Position numbers and translations under genes: made by a program
Notes under the pieces: generated by a model
Told to the model about the DNA's origin: nothing
Seen by the model: only the letters and a program-made list of their open reading frames with translations
Database searches by the model: none
In this document: positions 42,363 to 52,600 of the stretch, piece after piece
Position numbering within the stretch: position 1 is the first letter of the stretch
Layout of the letters: every line of letters starts with the position of its first letter
Assembly: GCA_000092065.1 (NCBI GenBank)
Contig: CP000594.1
Strand: one strand, 5' to 3'
Source of the DNA: Ostreococcus lucimarinus
Taxonomy: Eukaryota
DNA: 64,000 nucleotides

Positions 42363-44097
42363 ATGATGGTGATGATGAAGACTGAAGACTGAAGACTGAC
42401 GCTCGCGAACGAACGCGCGAACGCAGCAACCGCAAATCGTGCTGCTCAGGGAAGGCACGGACACGTCGCAAGGACGCGGACAGTGCGTGTCGAACATAAA
42501 CGCGTGCTGTGCGGTGGCGGATACGGTGCGAACGACGCTTGGACCGCGAGGATTAGATAAACTCGTGCGAGACGCGCGAGGAAACACGACGATTTCCAAC
42601 GACGGCGCGACGATTATGAAACTGTTGGAGATTGTGCATCCGGCGGCGAAAACGCTCGTGGACATCGCGAGAGCGCAGGATAGCGAAGTGGGGGACGGGA
42701 CGACGACGGTGGTGATACTGGCGGGGGAGCTGTTGAAGGAGGCGAAGACGTTCATCGAGGACGGCGTGCACCCGATGAATGTCATCAAGTCGTTTCGAGA
42801 GGCGTGCGATTTGGCGACGGCGCGCGTGCGCGAATTGGCGACGTCCATCGAAGGGAACAGCGCGGAGGAGAAGGATGAACTTTTGAAGAAATGCGCGATG
42901 ACGACGCTGAGCTCCAAACTTGTAGGAGGGGAGAAGGACTTCTTTGCCGACATGTGCGTCAAGGCGGTGCGCTCGCTCGATCAAGACTTGTTGGACCCGA
43001 AGATGATTGGCGTGAAAAAGGTCATGGGCGGAGGGATGACGGATTCGTTCTTGGTGGATGGCGTGGCGTTTAAGAAGACGTTCGCCTACGCCGGCTTCGA
43101 GCAAATGACGAAGAGCTTCAAAAAGCCGAAGATTTTGGCGCTCAACATGGAGCTCGAACTGAAGAGCGAAAAAGACAACGCCGAGGTGCGCCTGAGCGAT
43201 CCGACCAAGTATCAAGAAATCGTTGACGCTGAATGGAACATCATTTACGAGAAGCTCGACAAATGCGTGGCGTCGGGAGCGAACATCATTCTGAGTAGAC
43301 TCGCGATCGGGGACTTGGCGACGCAATATTTCGCCGACCGCGGATTGTTTTGCGCCGGTCGCGTAGACGCGCAGGATTTGGAACGCGTGACGCGCGCCAC
43401 CGGCGCGCCGGTGCAGACCACGGTGAACAACATCACGGACGCCCAGCTCGGATCGTGCGAGTTGTTCGAAGAGATTCAAGTCGGTAACGAACGGTACAAC
43501 ATTTTTAGAGGTTGTCCGCAGGCGAAGACATGCACGCTCATCTTGCGCGGCGGCGCCGAGCAATTCATCGAGGAGGCGGCGCGCTCGCTCAACGACGCCA
43601 TCGAAATTGTTCGCCGCGCGGTGAAGAACGCGGCGATCGTCCCTGGTGGCGGTGCGATCGATATGGAGTTGAGCAAGTACTTGCGCAACCACGCGCGCAC
43701 GGTGGCGGGCAAATCTCAGCTCTTCATCAACGCCTTTGCCAAAGCTTTAGAAATCATCCCGCGACAGCTCTGCGACAATTCCGGGCACGACGCGACCGAC
43801 GTGTTGAACAAGCTCAGACAAAAGCACGCGGGCGATGACGGGGCGAATTTCGGCGTCGATGTCAACGGAGGTGGCATCTGCGACACGCACGAACGCTTCA
43901 TCTGGGAACCGAGCCTGGTGAAAATCAACGCCCTGAACGCCGCCACCGAAGCGACGTGCTTGATTCTCTCCGTGGACGAAACCGTGAGAAACCCGCGAAG
44001 CGAAGGCGCGGATGAAGGCATGGGTGGCGGCGGTGGTCGGGGCATGCCGATGGGAGGTAGAGGAGGTGGTCGCGGCCGGGGTCGCGGCCGACGATAG
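42363..44097 (+). CDS. CCT7: T-complex protein 1 subunit eta (CCT7); join(42363..42368,42427..44097) with a 6-nt coding micro-exon
   Basis: Exon 2 opens [16 protein letters not shown]...[25 protein letters not shown] and ends with the CCT-eta RG-rich tail [26 protein letters not shown] sits in frame 9 codons upstream of exon 2, so the Met must come from exon 1 (ATGATG). The 58-nt intron GTGATGATGAAGACTGAAGACTGAAGACTGACG...CGCAG has a CTGAC branch and yields MMQPQIVLL, compared with animal MMPTPVILL. Confidence 0.8.
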
Positions 44098-44145
44098 ATT
44101 TGTTGAATACATACAACCTTAACATTTGTTACACAAACCGCACAA

Positions 44146-46503
44146 CTAGTCGCCGTCGTCGCTACTGAGCTCGCCGCTAAGAATGGAATCGTCGACGTAC
44201 AGATCCGAGGTATCCAACGCGTTGATGTATCTCGCGAGCATCGCCGCGGACTCCTCAGCCTCTTCTAATTCTTCTAAACGCACTTTCGCGTCCTCGTCTT
44301 GAAGATGCGCGTATTTAGGCGCCCAGGGCGAACCGGGTTCGTCGTCAATGGGCGACCCTGGACTCGTCTCGCTCGCCGGTTCGGGCGTCGGCGCGGCAAC
44401 GGATGGCGACTGTGCGGACATCAGAGCGTCTCTCGACAATCGCGACGCTTCGTCCGGCAAGTGCTCGTCCACATGCACGTTTCTCGCGGCGAGAAGGACG
44501 TTGTGTATGAGCATCACCGCCACCGGTTCGAAAATGCCCGACGACGTCAGCGTCGGCGTGCGAACGCCCGTCGTCAAATCCATGATGTCCCTGGGCGTGA
44601 GCACGGCGAATTTCTTCGGCGCAAATTGAGCGGCGGCGTAAGATGCGAGTCCAATCGACGTCGCGGAGGCTAAAGATCCTAGCAACGAAGGTGCGCCTCG
44701 CGACAAGTGCGCGTCGGCGCTTTCGTCGAGTACGTCTTCGTCCGCGGCGCCGCAGCGGCGCGAAAACGGCGCGCCGTCGAGCAACATTCCGAACACTTCT
44801 TCCGCCGTCTCTTCGACATCTCCCGGACTCGATGGTCGCATCGTCGACGCCCATTCTGACGAAGCGAACGCGCACGTCACGGCGTGTCGGGAAACTTCGT
44901 CCGCGTGGCGCGGATACGCCTTGGCTAATCGCGACCGCAGCGTCGCCATGCGAGGATGTCGGCACACGCCGTCCAGAACAATCGTCGACGCCGGTGCGAG
45001 TCGGCCGCGTTGCGCGCGACCGACCAGACGCAGCGTCGCGACTTCAAATGCGCTCAACGACGGGTGCGATGCGACGCGAAGAGCAAACATCGCGTGACCG
45101 GTTGAACGAAATTTCGGAAGCGCGTCGAGCTCGCTCGGATCCGTCGCCGGACACTTTCCGGTGTCCGCGCCGAGGGTCAGCGCGGAGTACAATATATCGA
45201 TCCAATTCGCCCCGCGTCCGACGCCGGTGACTTTTTCGACGACGCGCGACACGCTCCCGCCTCTCGTCTGCAGTCCGCACATCGGATCCCTGAGCAACTT
45301 CCACGCCTCGGCGTGCGGATCCAAGTACGCCGAGCTTCGACACAGCGTCACTCCCAACCGCATGCCGAGTCGAACGCGCTCGCGCGGAGGAAGCGTGGCG
45401 AGGAGTAAGAACGGGCGTATCAAACCGGCGCGGTACGCCTTGTCTCGGTAATCGCTCTCGCGGTCGAGAACGTCAAATATGAACCCCGCGCGCTCGTCCG
45501 CGGCTTCGCGTTTCGCCAGCCGCAAATCCCACCCGCGCGCGATCTCCTCCGCCGACGCCGTCGCCGTCGCCGCGTCGTCCCCGCGGCTCAGCGCGCGCTT
45601 AAACGCCTTCGCCAACGCCCCGATCGTGGGCACGGACACGTGTCCACCGATGTTTATTCTGCGCGTCGTCGTCTCCGCCGCGGCGCACCTCGCGCACGAT
45701 CCCCCACCCGGCCGCGAGCGCTTGCGCATCACCTCCGCGTCCTCGCCGCACCGCTCGCACGCCGCCGTCCCCCCCCCACACACCATGCACTCGTACGCGT
45801 CGCTCCCGCGCGTCCCACGCCTGACGTGCGAACTCTTTTCCCCGCACCACGAGCACCACGCGACGCGTCTCGTCGCCGCCGCGAACGCCTCGCTCGTCGT
45901 CCACGTCTCCACCCATCCCGCGCACTTCGCGCACCTCCCGTCCCCGATCTTCGCGAATCCCTCCGCGCATCGTTCGCACTTGTGCGTCGCCCTCGCGCAC
46001 CGCGCGCAGTGACTCAGATACGTCCCTCTTCTCCCCGTCGCTCGCGTCACTCGATGTCGCGTCTCTTTGCCGCACCACGAGCACCGCCCGCTCGGCGACA
46101 TCCTTCGCGCGACGCTCTCCACCCCGTCCCCGCCCTCCGCGTCCGACCACTTGAATCCATCATTATTTTTCGTCACCGCGCACGCGCACGCCAGGCACGC
46201 GTCGTCGTCCCATCCGTCGCCGCTTCTCGCCATCGCTCGACACGTCGCGAACCGCGCGCACGCCCGCGTCCGTCCCGCGCACGCCCCGCACGCGCGCGGC
46301 GCTCGCGCGGCGCTCGACCGCGTCACCGCCGCGTGCGACGTCTCGTGGAAGCACCACGAGCACCGCGCGATGAGCGCGCGCGTCGCGGCGGGCGTCGGCG
46401 CGTCGCGCGACGTCGAGGCGCCGGACGCGCTCGGCGTCGCGCTTCGCGTCGAGCGCGCGCGCGAGCTCGGCGCGCGGTCGAGCGCGTCGCGCGCGTCGCG
46501 CAT
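44146..46503 (-). CDS. Hypothetical 785-aa protein with three repeated Cys-rich modules (CSWCG-x-ET/KS-x-H ... C-x2-C ... C-x-RC)
   Basis: ATG at 46503. The modules are CSWCFHETSHAAVTR..., CSWCGKETRHRVTR...HCARCARATHKCERCAEG, and WCSWCGEKSSHVRRG...ECMVCGGGTAACERCGED. The remaining roughly 500 aa are unrecognised. Confidence 0.5.
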   Translation of the reverse strand: MRDARDALDRAPSSRARSTRSATPSASGASTSRDAPTPAATRALIARCSWCFHETSHAAVTRSSAARAPRACGACAGRTRACARFATCRAMARSGDGWDDDACLACACAVTKNNDGFKWSDAEGGDGVESVARRMSPSGRCSWCGKETRHRVTRATGRRGTYLSHCARCARATHKCERCAEGFAKIGDGRCAKCAGWVETWTTSEAFAAATRRVAWCSWCGEKSSHVRRGTRGSDAYECMVCGGGTAACERCGEDAEVMRKRSRPGGGSCARCAAAETTTRRINIGGHVSVPTIGALAKAFKRALSRGDDAATATASAEEIARGWDLRLAKREAADERAGFIFDVLDRESDYRDKAYRAGLIRPFLLLATLPPRERVRLGMRLGVTLCRSSAYLDPHAEAWKLLRDPMCGLQTRGGSVSRVVEKVTGVGRGANWIDILYSALTLGADTGKCPATDPSELDALPKFRSTGHAMFALRVASHPSLSAFEVATLRLVGRAQRGRLAPASTIVLDGVCRHPRMATLRSRLAKAYPRHADEVSRHAVTCAFASSEWASTMRPSSPGDVEETAEEVFGMLLDGAPFSRRCGAADEDVLDESADAHLSRGAPSLLGSLASATSIGLASYAAAQFAPKKFAVLTPRDIMDLTTGVRTPTLTSSGIFEPVAVMLIHNVLLAARNVHVDEHLPDEASRLSRDALMSAQSPSVAAPTPEPASETSPGSPIDDEPGSPWAPKYAHLQDEDAKVRLEELEEAEESAAMLARYINALDTSDLYVDDSILSGELSSDDGD

Positions 46504-46641
46504 CGTCGCGGCGGACCGCCGCGCGACGCGCGCTCGCGACGCGCAGTGACGCGACGATGCGCGACGCTTTGATTGATGCGTGCGATGCGTTGATTCATTT
46601 AATTCATTTAATCGCCGCGCGTGCGTTCGCGTCGACGCGTC

Positions 46642-47478
46642 TCAGCGTCGGGCGCGACGCACGCGATCGCGCATTCTGAACGCGCGGTCGTCCGGCGACG
46701 CGCGCTCGAAGGCGACGTCGCGAGGCGCGTCGACGACGGCGCGGCGGACGCGCTCGGGACGCTCGGGAAGCGGCGGCGCGGGTCTGCGCGCGGCGTCGAC
46801 GTCTAAACCGGCGAGCAAACGCGTGAGCTCTCGCGTGCTCACGGGACGCTCGCCCGGGGCGCGCGTCATGCACACGGCGTCGACGCCGTCGGCGTAGTAA
46901 CCGCGACGCGAGCCGCGCGTCTCGAAGCCGCACTTTTCGTACATGGCCAACGCGGCGACGTTGGTCGCGCGCACCTCCAACGCGGCCGCGTTCGTCGGCT
47001 GCAGACCTAACATGGCTTTTAACACGCGCGCGCCCAGGCCTCGGCGTCGCAGCGATCGCCTGGTCGCGATTTGCGTCACCTGCGTCTCGCCCGCCACGCA
47101 GACGCAAAATCCAATCGCGCCGACGACGCGCGCGTCCGATTCGCTCGCCTCGCCCGCCGCCGGCACCGCCACCAGCGCTCTGTGCGTCTTCGACGTCTCC
47201 GCGTCGACGCTTCGCTCGAGATCGTCTCGCACCGTCGCCTCGCTCCAATCGACGTCGGCGTCCGCGCACAGCGCCGTCGCCGCGTCGAAGTCGCGTCGAC
47301 GCGCCGGTCGAATCGCCCACGCCGCGACGCCTTCGCACAGCGCGTCCGTCGCGCTCGACGACGCGTCGCGAGAAGACGCGTTTCGCGACGCGTCACGTCC
47401 CGTCCGCGTCCGCGTCCGCGTCGCGCCGCGAATCGTCGCGAAACGCGGCGTCGTCGCGCCACATTCTCGAATCTTCAT
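46642..47478 (-). CDS. GNAT-family N-acetyltransferase (RimI/NAT-like)
   Basis: Acetyl-CoA-binding motif IATRRSLRRRGLGARVL plus VRATNVAALAMYEKCGFE. The start is MKIRECG (47478). Confidence 0.6.
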   Translation of the reverse strand: MKIRECGATTPRFATIRGATRTRTRTGRDASRNASSRDASSSATDALCEGVAAWAIRPARRRDFDAATALCADADVDWSEATVRDDLERSVDAETSKTHRALVAVPAAGEASESDARVVGAIGFCVCVAGETQVTQIATRRSLRRRGLGARVLKAMLGLQPTNAAALEVRATNVAALAMYEKCGFETRGSRRGYYADGVDAVCMTRAPGERPVSTRELTRLLAGLDVDAARRPAPPLPERPERVRRAVVDAPRDVAFERASPDDRAFRMRDRVRRARR

Positions 47479-47655
47479 TCGTCGCGCGCGCGCGCGCGCG
47501 CGCCGCGTCCGCGTCGCCGGCGCGCGTCCGCGCGCTCGAGCTTCGCAGGTCTCTGTACGCGCGTCCGCGGACGCGCACGAGCGCGCGCTCGTTCGCGGGC
47601 GACGCGATGATGACGACGCGCGATGCGACGCCGGCGATTCGATTCGCGCCGCACA

Positions 47656-47937
47656 ATGCCGCGCGACGACGACGACGACGCGCGACGACGCGCGGACGCG
47701 CGCGCGACGGTGTCCGGCGAGCGACGCGACGGCGCGCGTCGCCGCGCGCGCTCGAGGTCGAGCGAGGGACGACGACGACGGTCGAGGTCGGATTCGCGAC
47801 GACGACGACGACGACGCGACGACGCGAGCGACGACGCGCGCGACGACGACGCGCGCGAGCGACGACGCGCGCGACGGTCTCGGTCTCGGTCTCGGTCGCG
47901 ATCGAGGGACGACGCGCGACGAAGGCGACGACGACGG

Positions 47938-47972
<35 letters not shown>

Positions 47973-49440
47973 GCGCGGGCGGACGCGACGCGCGAGTCGA
48001 GATCGCGAACGACGCGAGGGAAGGACGAGGCGGCGAAGGAGTCGAAGCGAAAGCGCGCGGAACGAACGAAGAGGACGAAGATCGAGAAGCCGGGATCGCG
48101 AGCGACGGCGAGGACGGTCGAGATCGAGGTCGAATTCGAAGACGCGGCGACGCGGCGGACGAGCGAGAGCGTCGCGATGGGACGAGGACGGCGACGAGGA
48201 CGGGGACGGGGAGACGAGGGTGGATTTTGACGACGCGCGAAGGGACGCGGGGAGAGGTGATGAGAAATCGACGCAGTTGAAGACGCAGATCGAGATGATG
48301 CGAGCGCTGAGCTCGACGACGAAGGATGGGGTGAAGCGAGCGATCGAAGAGGCGCGAGAAAAGGCGGCGACGTTGATGGGAGAGGCGGCGCCGGCGCGCG
48401 TCGCGGCGGCGAAGGGTGACGCGAGCGGTGAAAGTGCGAGTGGTGGTGGGGATGCGCGCGCGCCCGTTCGGACGATGGCCGTTAATGTCGCGAAGGCGGC
48501 GCCGAAAAGCGCGCGCGACGACGAAGACGCGGGCGTCGTCGGAGATGGCGCGAATAGTAAAAAGGCGACGTATTGCGTGGAGCACTACGACATGGACGTC
48601 AAGTACGAAGGTTTAATCATCGGTCCGGGAGGCGCTACGATTCGTAAGCTGCAGCAGGACATCGGGACGTCCATCGAGGTCGTACGTGGCGAAGGGAAAT
48701 TACAAATTAAAGGATCCAGAGAGAAAATTGAGTACGCGCGGAAGATGCTCGATGAATTCTTCGAGCAAAAAGGATCGAAGACTGTCAAGGTGAAGTGCAA
48801 GGCACGATCGGGTCTGATCATAGGTAACGCTGGACAAACGATCAAAGCCCTTAAGGAGCAAACTGGCTGTCGTATAGAAGTCATGCGAGACGTCGAAGAG
48901 TGCGTCATCACGGGCCCGGGCGATCGCGTCAAAGTGGCGCAAGCCATCGTGGAGAAAATGATTGCGGATTCCTGGGAAGAAGGTGCCGATGGCGATATTA
49001 CCATCGTCGAGGAAGTGATTCCGTGCGCGTACAAGGCTGGCGCTATCATCGGTCCAAGCGGTGGGACGATTCGGCACATTCGCGAAACGACTGGAGTGGC
49101 GATTGACATCGAGCGCGGCGCGGACGGTTGCAAAGCGAGCGATCAGTGCCGCATAATCGGCACGCCGGCGCAAGTTAAAAAAGCTGTCGAAATTGTTCAT
49201 CAACTCTTGAAGGAGATGAACCAAGCGCAGTTGCAAGCCGCTCCAGTGGTACCGCCAATGTATGCGTACGGATACGGAACGATGCCCAACGCATACGCCG
49301 CCGTTCCGGGAATCCCAGTCAATTCATCGCAGATGCAGCAGATAGATCCGCAGACTGCCGCGTATTACGCGCAATGGCAGGCGTACTATGCGGCTCAGCA
49401 AAATACTGTGATGCCTCCGCACCCACCAGCCGATGGGTGA
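47656..49440 (+). CDS. KH-domain RNA-binding protein with N-terminal RS/RD-rich domain and C-terminal Q/Y-rich tail (FUBP/KSRP-like)
   Basis: Three KH domains (LIIGPGGATIRKLQQDIGTSIEV; LIIGNAGQTIKALKEQTGCRIEV; AIIGPSGGTIRHIRETTGVAIDI). N-terminus RSRSRSRSRSRDD...poly-D. C-terminus YAYGYG...AAYYAQWQAYYAAQQ. The start is uncertain. Confidence 0.6.
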
Positions 49441-49639
49441 CGGCTTGATGAGACTGAATGCGACTAGTTGCATGAGACTCGATCGATGGCTCAACGACTT
49501 AGTGGAAAGCGACGCGATTTGATTTGGAATTGAACTTAAGATCTGCTTACACGTTTGACTCTTTTCAATTTTTCGATTTTTTTGGTTCATCTCTGTTAAC
49601 TGCGCAAGTATAACTTACGGCGGGGGTATTATTTATTGC

Positions 49640-52600
49640 TCAGGCTGGCGTCGGTACGGCCGAAATCCAGCGCGCGTTGGCGAGCTCTGCGAGGTGGTTG
49701 TGAAACGACGTGTCCGCGTAGAGCGGGAAAGAAGGCGACGTCAAGCTCGTGTACTTGAGATCGCCGTCGACGTAGAACTCAATCGCGCCCGCGTCGTTCA
49801 CGATCACTTGGAAAGTCTCACCCGCGACGAAGACGCCGGCATCGAACTTGTTCACGCCCTTCTCTTGGAATCGGACCTGATTGCCGTTGCAGAACACGGC
49901 GTAGTCGATGGTCGTTTGGCTGTGGCCCGAGGGCGTGCTCGACAAGCCAAACTGCAAGTGCCTGTTGTCGGTGCGCATGCAGTCGCCGGAAATGCCGCGA
50001 ATCTCGTCGCCGACTTTCGTGATGGCGCGCGCGCTGTACGCGCCTCTTGCCCAGTTGTTCCCGCCTTGAGTACGTTTGAGGTAGCCCTGTTTGCCGTCCG
50101 TCGTCATGCCCTGCGAAAGTCCGACCCACTCGATGAGATCCAAGTCGTTCGCACCCTCGTGGACAGTCTGTATCCAGGAGACTCGAGAGAAAGACGCGCC
50201 TGCAGTGTTGAAGCGCGCGGTGGCGTAGAGCGGGAAGGCAGGCGCCTCATCAGACGTCGCAAACGCCGCGCCATCCTTGTAGTACGTGACGACGCCCGAG
50301 TCGAGCACGACCACTTGGAACGTCTCACCGACGAAGTAATCGCCAAAGTCGCCGTCGCGCACGACGCCGTGTTCGGAGATGCGGATCACGCCGTTGTCGC
50401 ACACAATGCCGAAGTCGACCACCTCGTCGACGGAGTTCGTCGAGCCAGAGTTCAAGCCAATCATCATGGACTTGTCCGTTTGGTCGCAATCCGCGGAGAC
50501 GCCACGCACTTCGTCGCCGATCTTCGTGATGGCACGTTTGCTCGTGGCGCCGACGTTCCAGCCACTGCCTGCCATTGTGCGCGTCACTTGGCCCGCGGAA
50601 GACTCGACGCCTTCCGCGTCTTCAAACTCCATGGCCGCCAAGTCGTTCGCGCCCTTGACAACCTTGTGAACCCAGCGCGCGTTGGCCAGCTCTGCGAGGT
50701 GGTTGTGAAACGACGTGTCCGCGTAGAGCGGGAAAGAAGGCGACGTCAAGCTCGTGTACTTGAGATCGCCGTCGACGTAGAACTCAATCGCGCCCGCGTC
50801 GTTCACGATCACTTGGAAAGTCTCACCCGCGACGAAGACGCCGGCATCGAACTTGTTCACGCCCTTCTCTTGGAATCGGACCTGATTGCCGTTGCAGAAC
50901 ACGGCGTAGTCGATGGTCGTTTGGCTGTGGCCCGAGGGCGTGCTCGACAAGCCAAACTGCAAGTGCCTGTTGTCGGTGCGCATGCAGTCGCCGGAAATGC
51001 CGCGAATCTCGTCGCCGACTTTCGTGATGGCGCGCGCGCTGTACGCGCCTCTTGCCCAGTTGTTCCCGCCTTGAGTACGTTTGAGGTAGCCCTGTTTGCC
51101 GTCCGTCGTCATGCCCTGCGAAAGTCCGACCCACTCGATGAGATCCAAGTCGTTCGCACCCTCGTGGACAGTCTGTATCCAGGAGACTCGAGAGAAAGAC
51201 GCGCCTGCAGTGTTGAAGCGCGCGGTGGCGTAGAGCGGGAAGGCAGGCGCCTCATCAGACGTCGCAAACGCCGCGCCATCCTTGTAGTACGTGACGACGC
51301 CCGAGTCGAGCACGACCACTTGGAACGTCTCACCGACGAAGTAATCGCCAAAGTCGCCGTCGCGCACGACGCCGTGTTCGGAGATGCGGATCACGCCGTT
51401 GTCGCACACAATGCCGAAGTCGACCACCTCGTCGACGGAGTTCGTCGAGCCAGAGTTCAAGCCAATCATCATGGACTTGTCCGTTTGGTCGCAATCCGCG
51501 GAGACGCCACGCACTTCGTCGCCGATCTTCGTGATGGCACGTTTGCTCGTGGCGCCGACGTTCCAGCCACTGCCTGCCATTGTGCGCGTCACTTGGCCCG
51601 CGGAAGACTCGACGCCTTCCGCGTCTTCAAACTCCATGGCCGCCAAGTCGTTCGCGCCCTTGACAACCTTGTGAACCCAGCGCGCGTTGGCCAGCTCTGC
51701 GAGGTGGTTGTGAAACGACGTGTCCGCGTAGAGCGGGAAAGAAGGCGACGTCAAGCTCGTGTACTTGAGATCGCCGTCGACGTAGAACTCAATCGCGCCC
51801 GCGTCGTTCACGATCACTTGGAAAGTCTCACCCGCGACGAAGACGCCGGCATCGAACTTGTTCACGCCCTTCTCTTGGAATCGGACCTGATTGCCGTTGC
51901 AGAACACGGCGTAGTCGATGGTCGTTTGGCTGTGGCCCGAGGGCGTGCTCGACAAGCCAAACTGCAAGTGCCTGTTGTCGGTGCGCATGCAGTCGCCGGA
52001 AATGCCGCGAACCTCGTCGCCGACTTTCGTGATGGCGCGCGCGCTGTACGCACCTCTTGCCCAGTTGTTCCCGCCTTGAGTACGTTTGAGGTAGCCCTGT
52101 TTGCCGTCCGTCGTCATGCCCTGCGAAAGTCCGACCCACTCGATGAGATCGAGATCCCGTGAACCTTTATGAACAACTTTTATCCACTTCACATTTTCGA
52201 GGTGTCCTCCACCTTCATCAACGTATCCATCGGCAAACAATGGGAAGATCGGTTCTCTGCTACTATTGTAGACAGAATGTCCTTCTTTATAATAGTGAAC
52301 GATACCCTCGTCATTAAATGCGACCTGGAACGTTTCTCCCGCGAGGTATGTTCCGATCGTGGCCATAAGCTCACCGTCTTCGTAAACTTCCATTGTTCCG
52401 GCATTGCAACCAACGGCATACTCAATAGCATCGCCATCCGAGGGTGTGTAATGAGCGCTGCTCAAACCGAATATCATTTTCGTTGTTGTGTCACTGCAAT
52501 CCGCAGAAATACCGCGAACTTCGTCATAAATTTTAGTTACGGCGCGTTTACTTGTCGAGCGCACAATGTCCATTTTTTCAGGTGTAACCGGCAAGTACAC

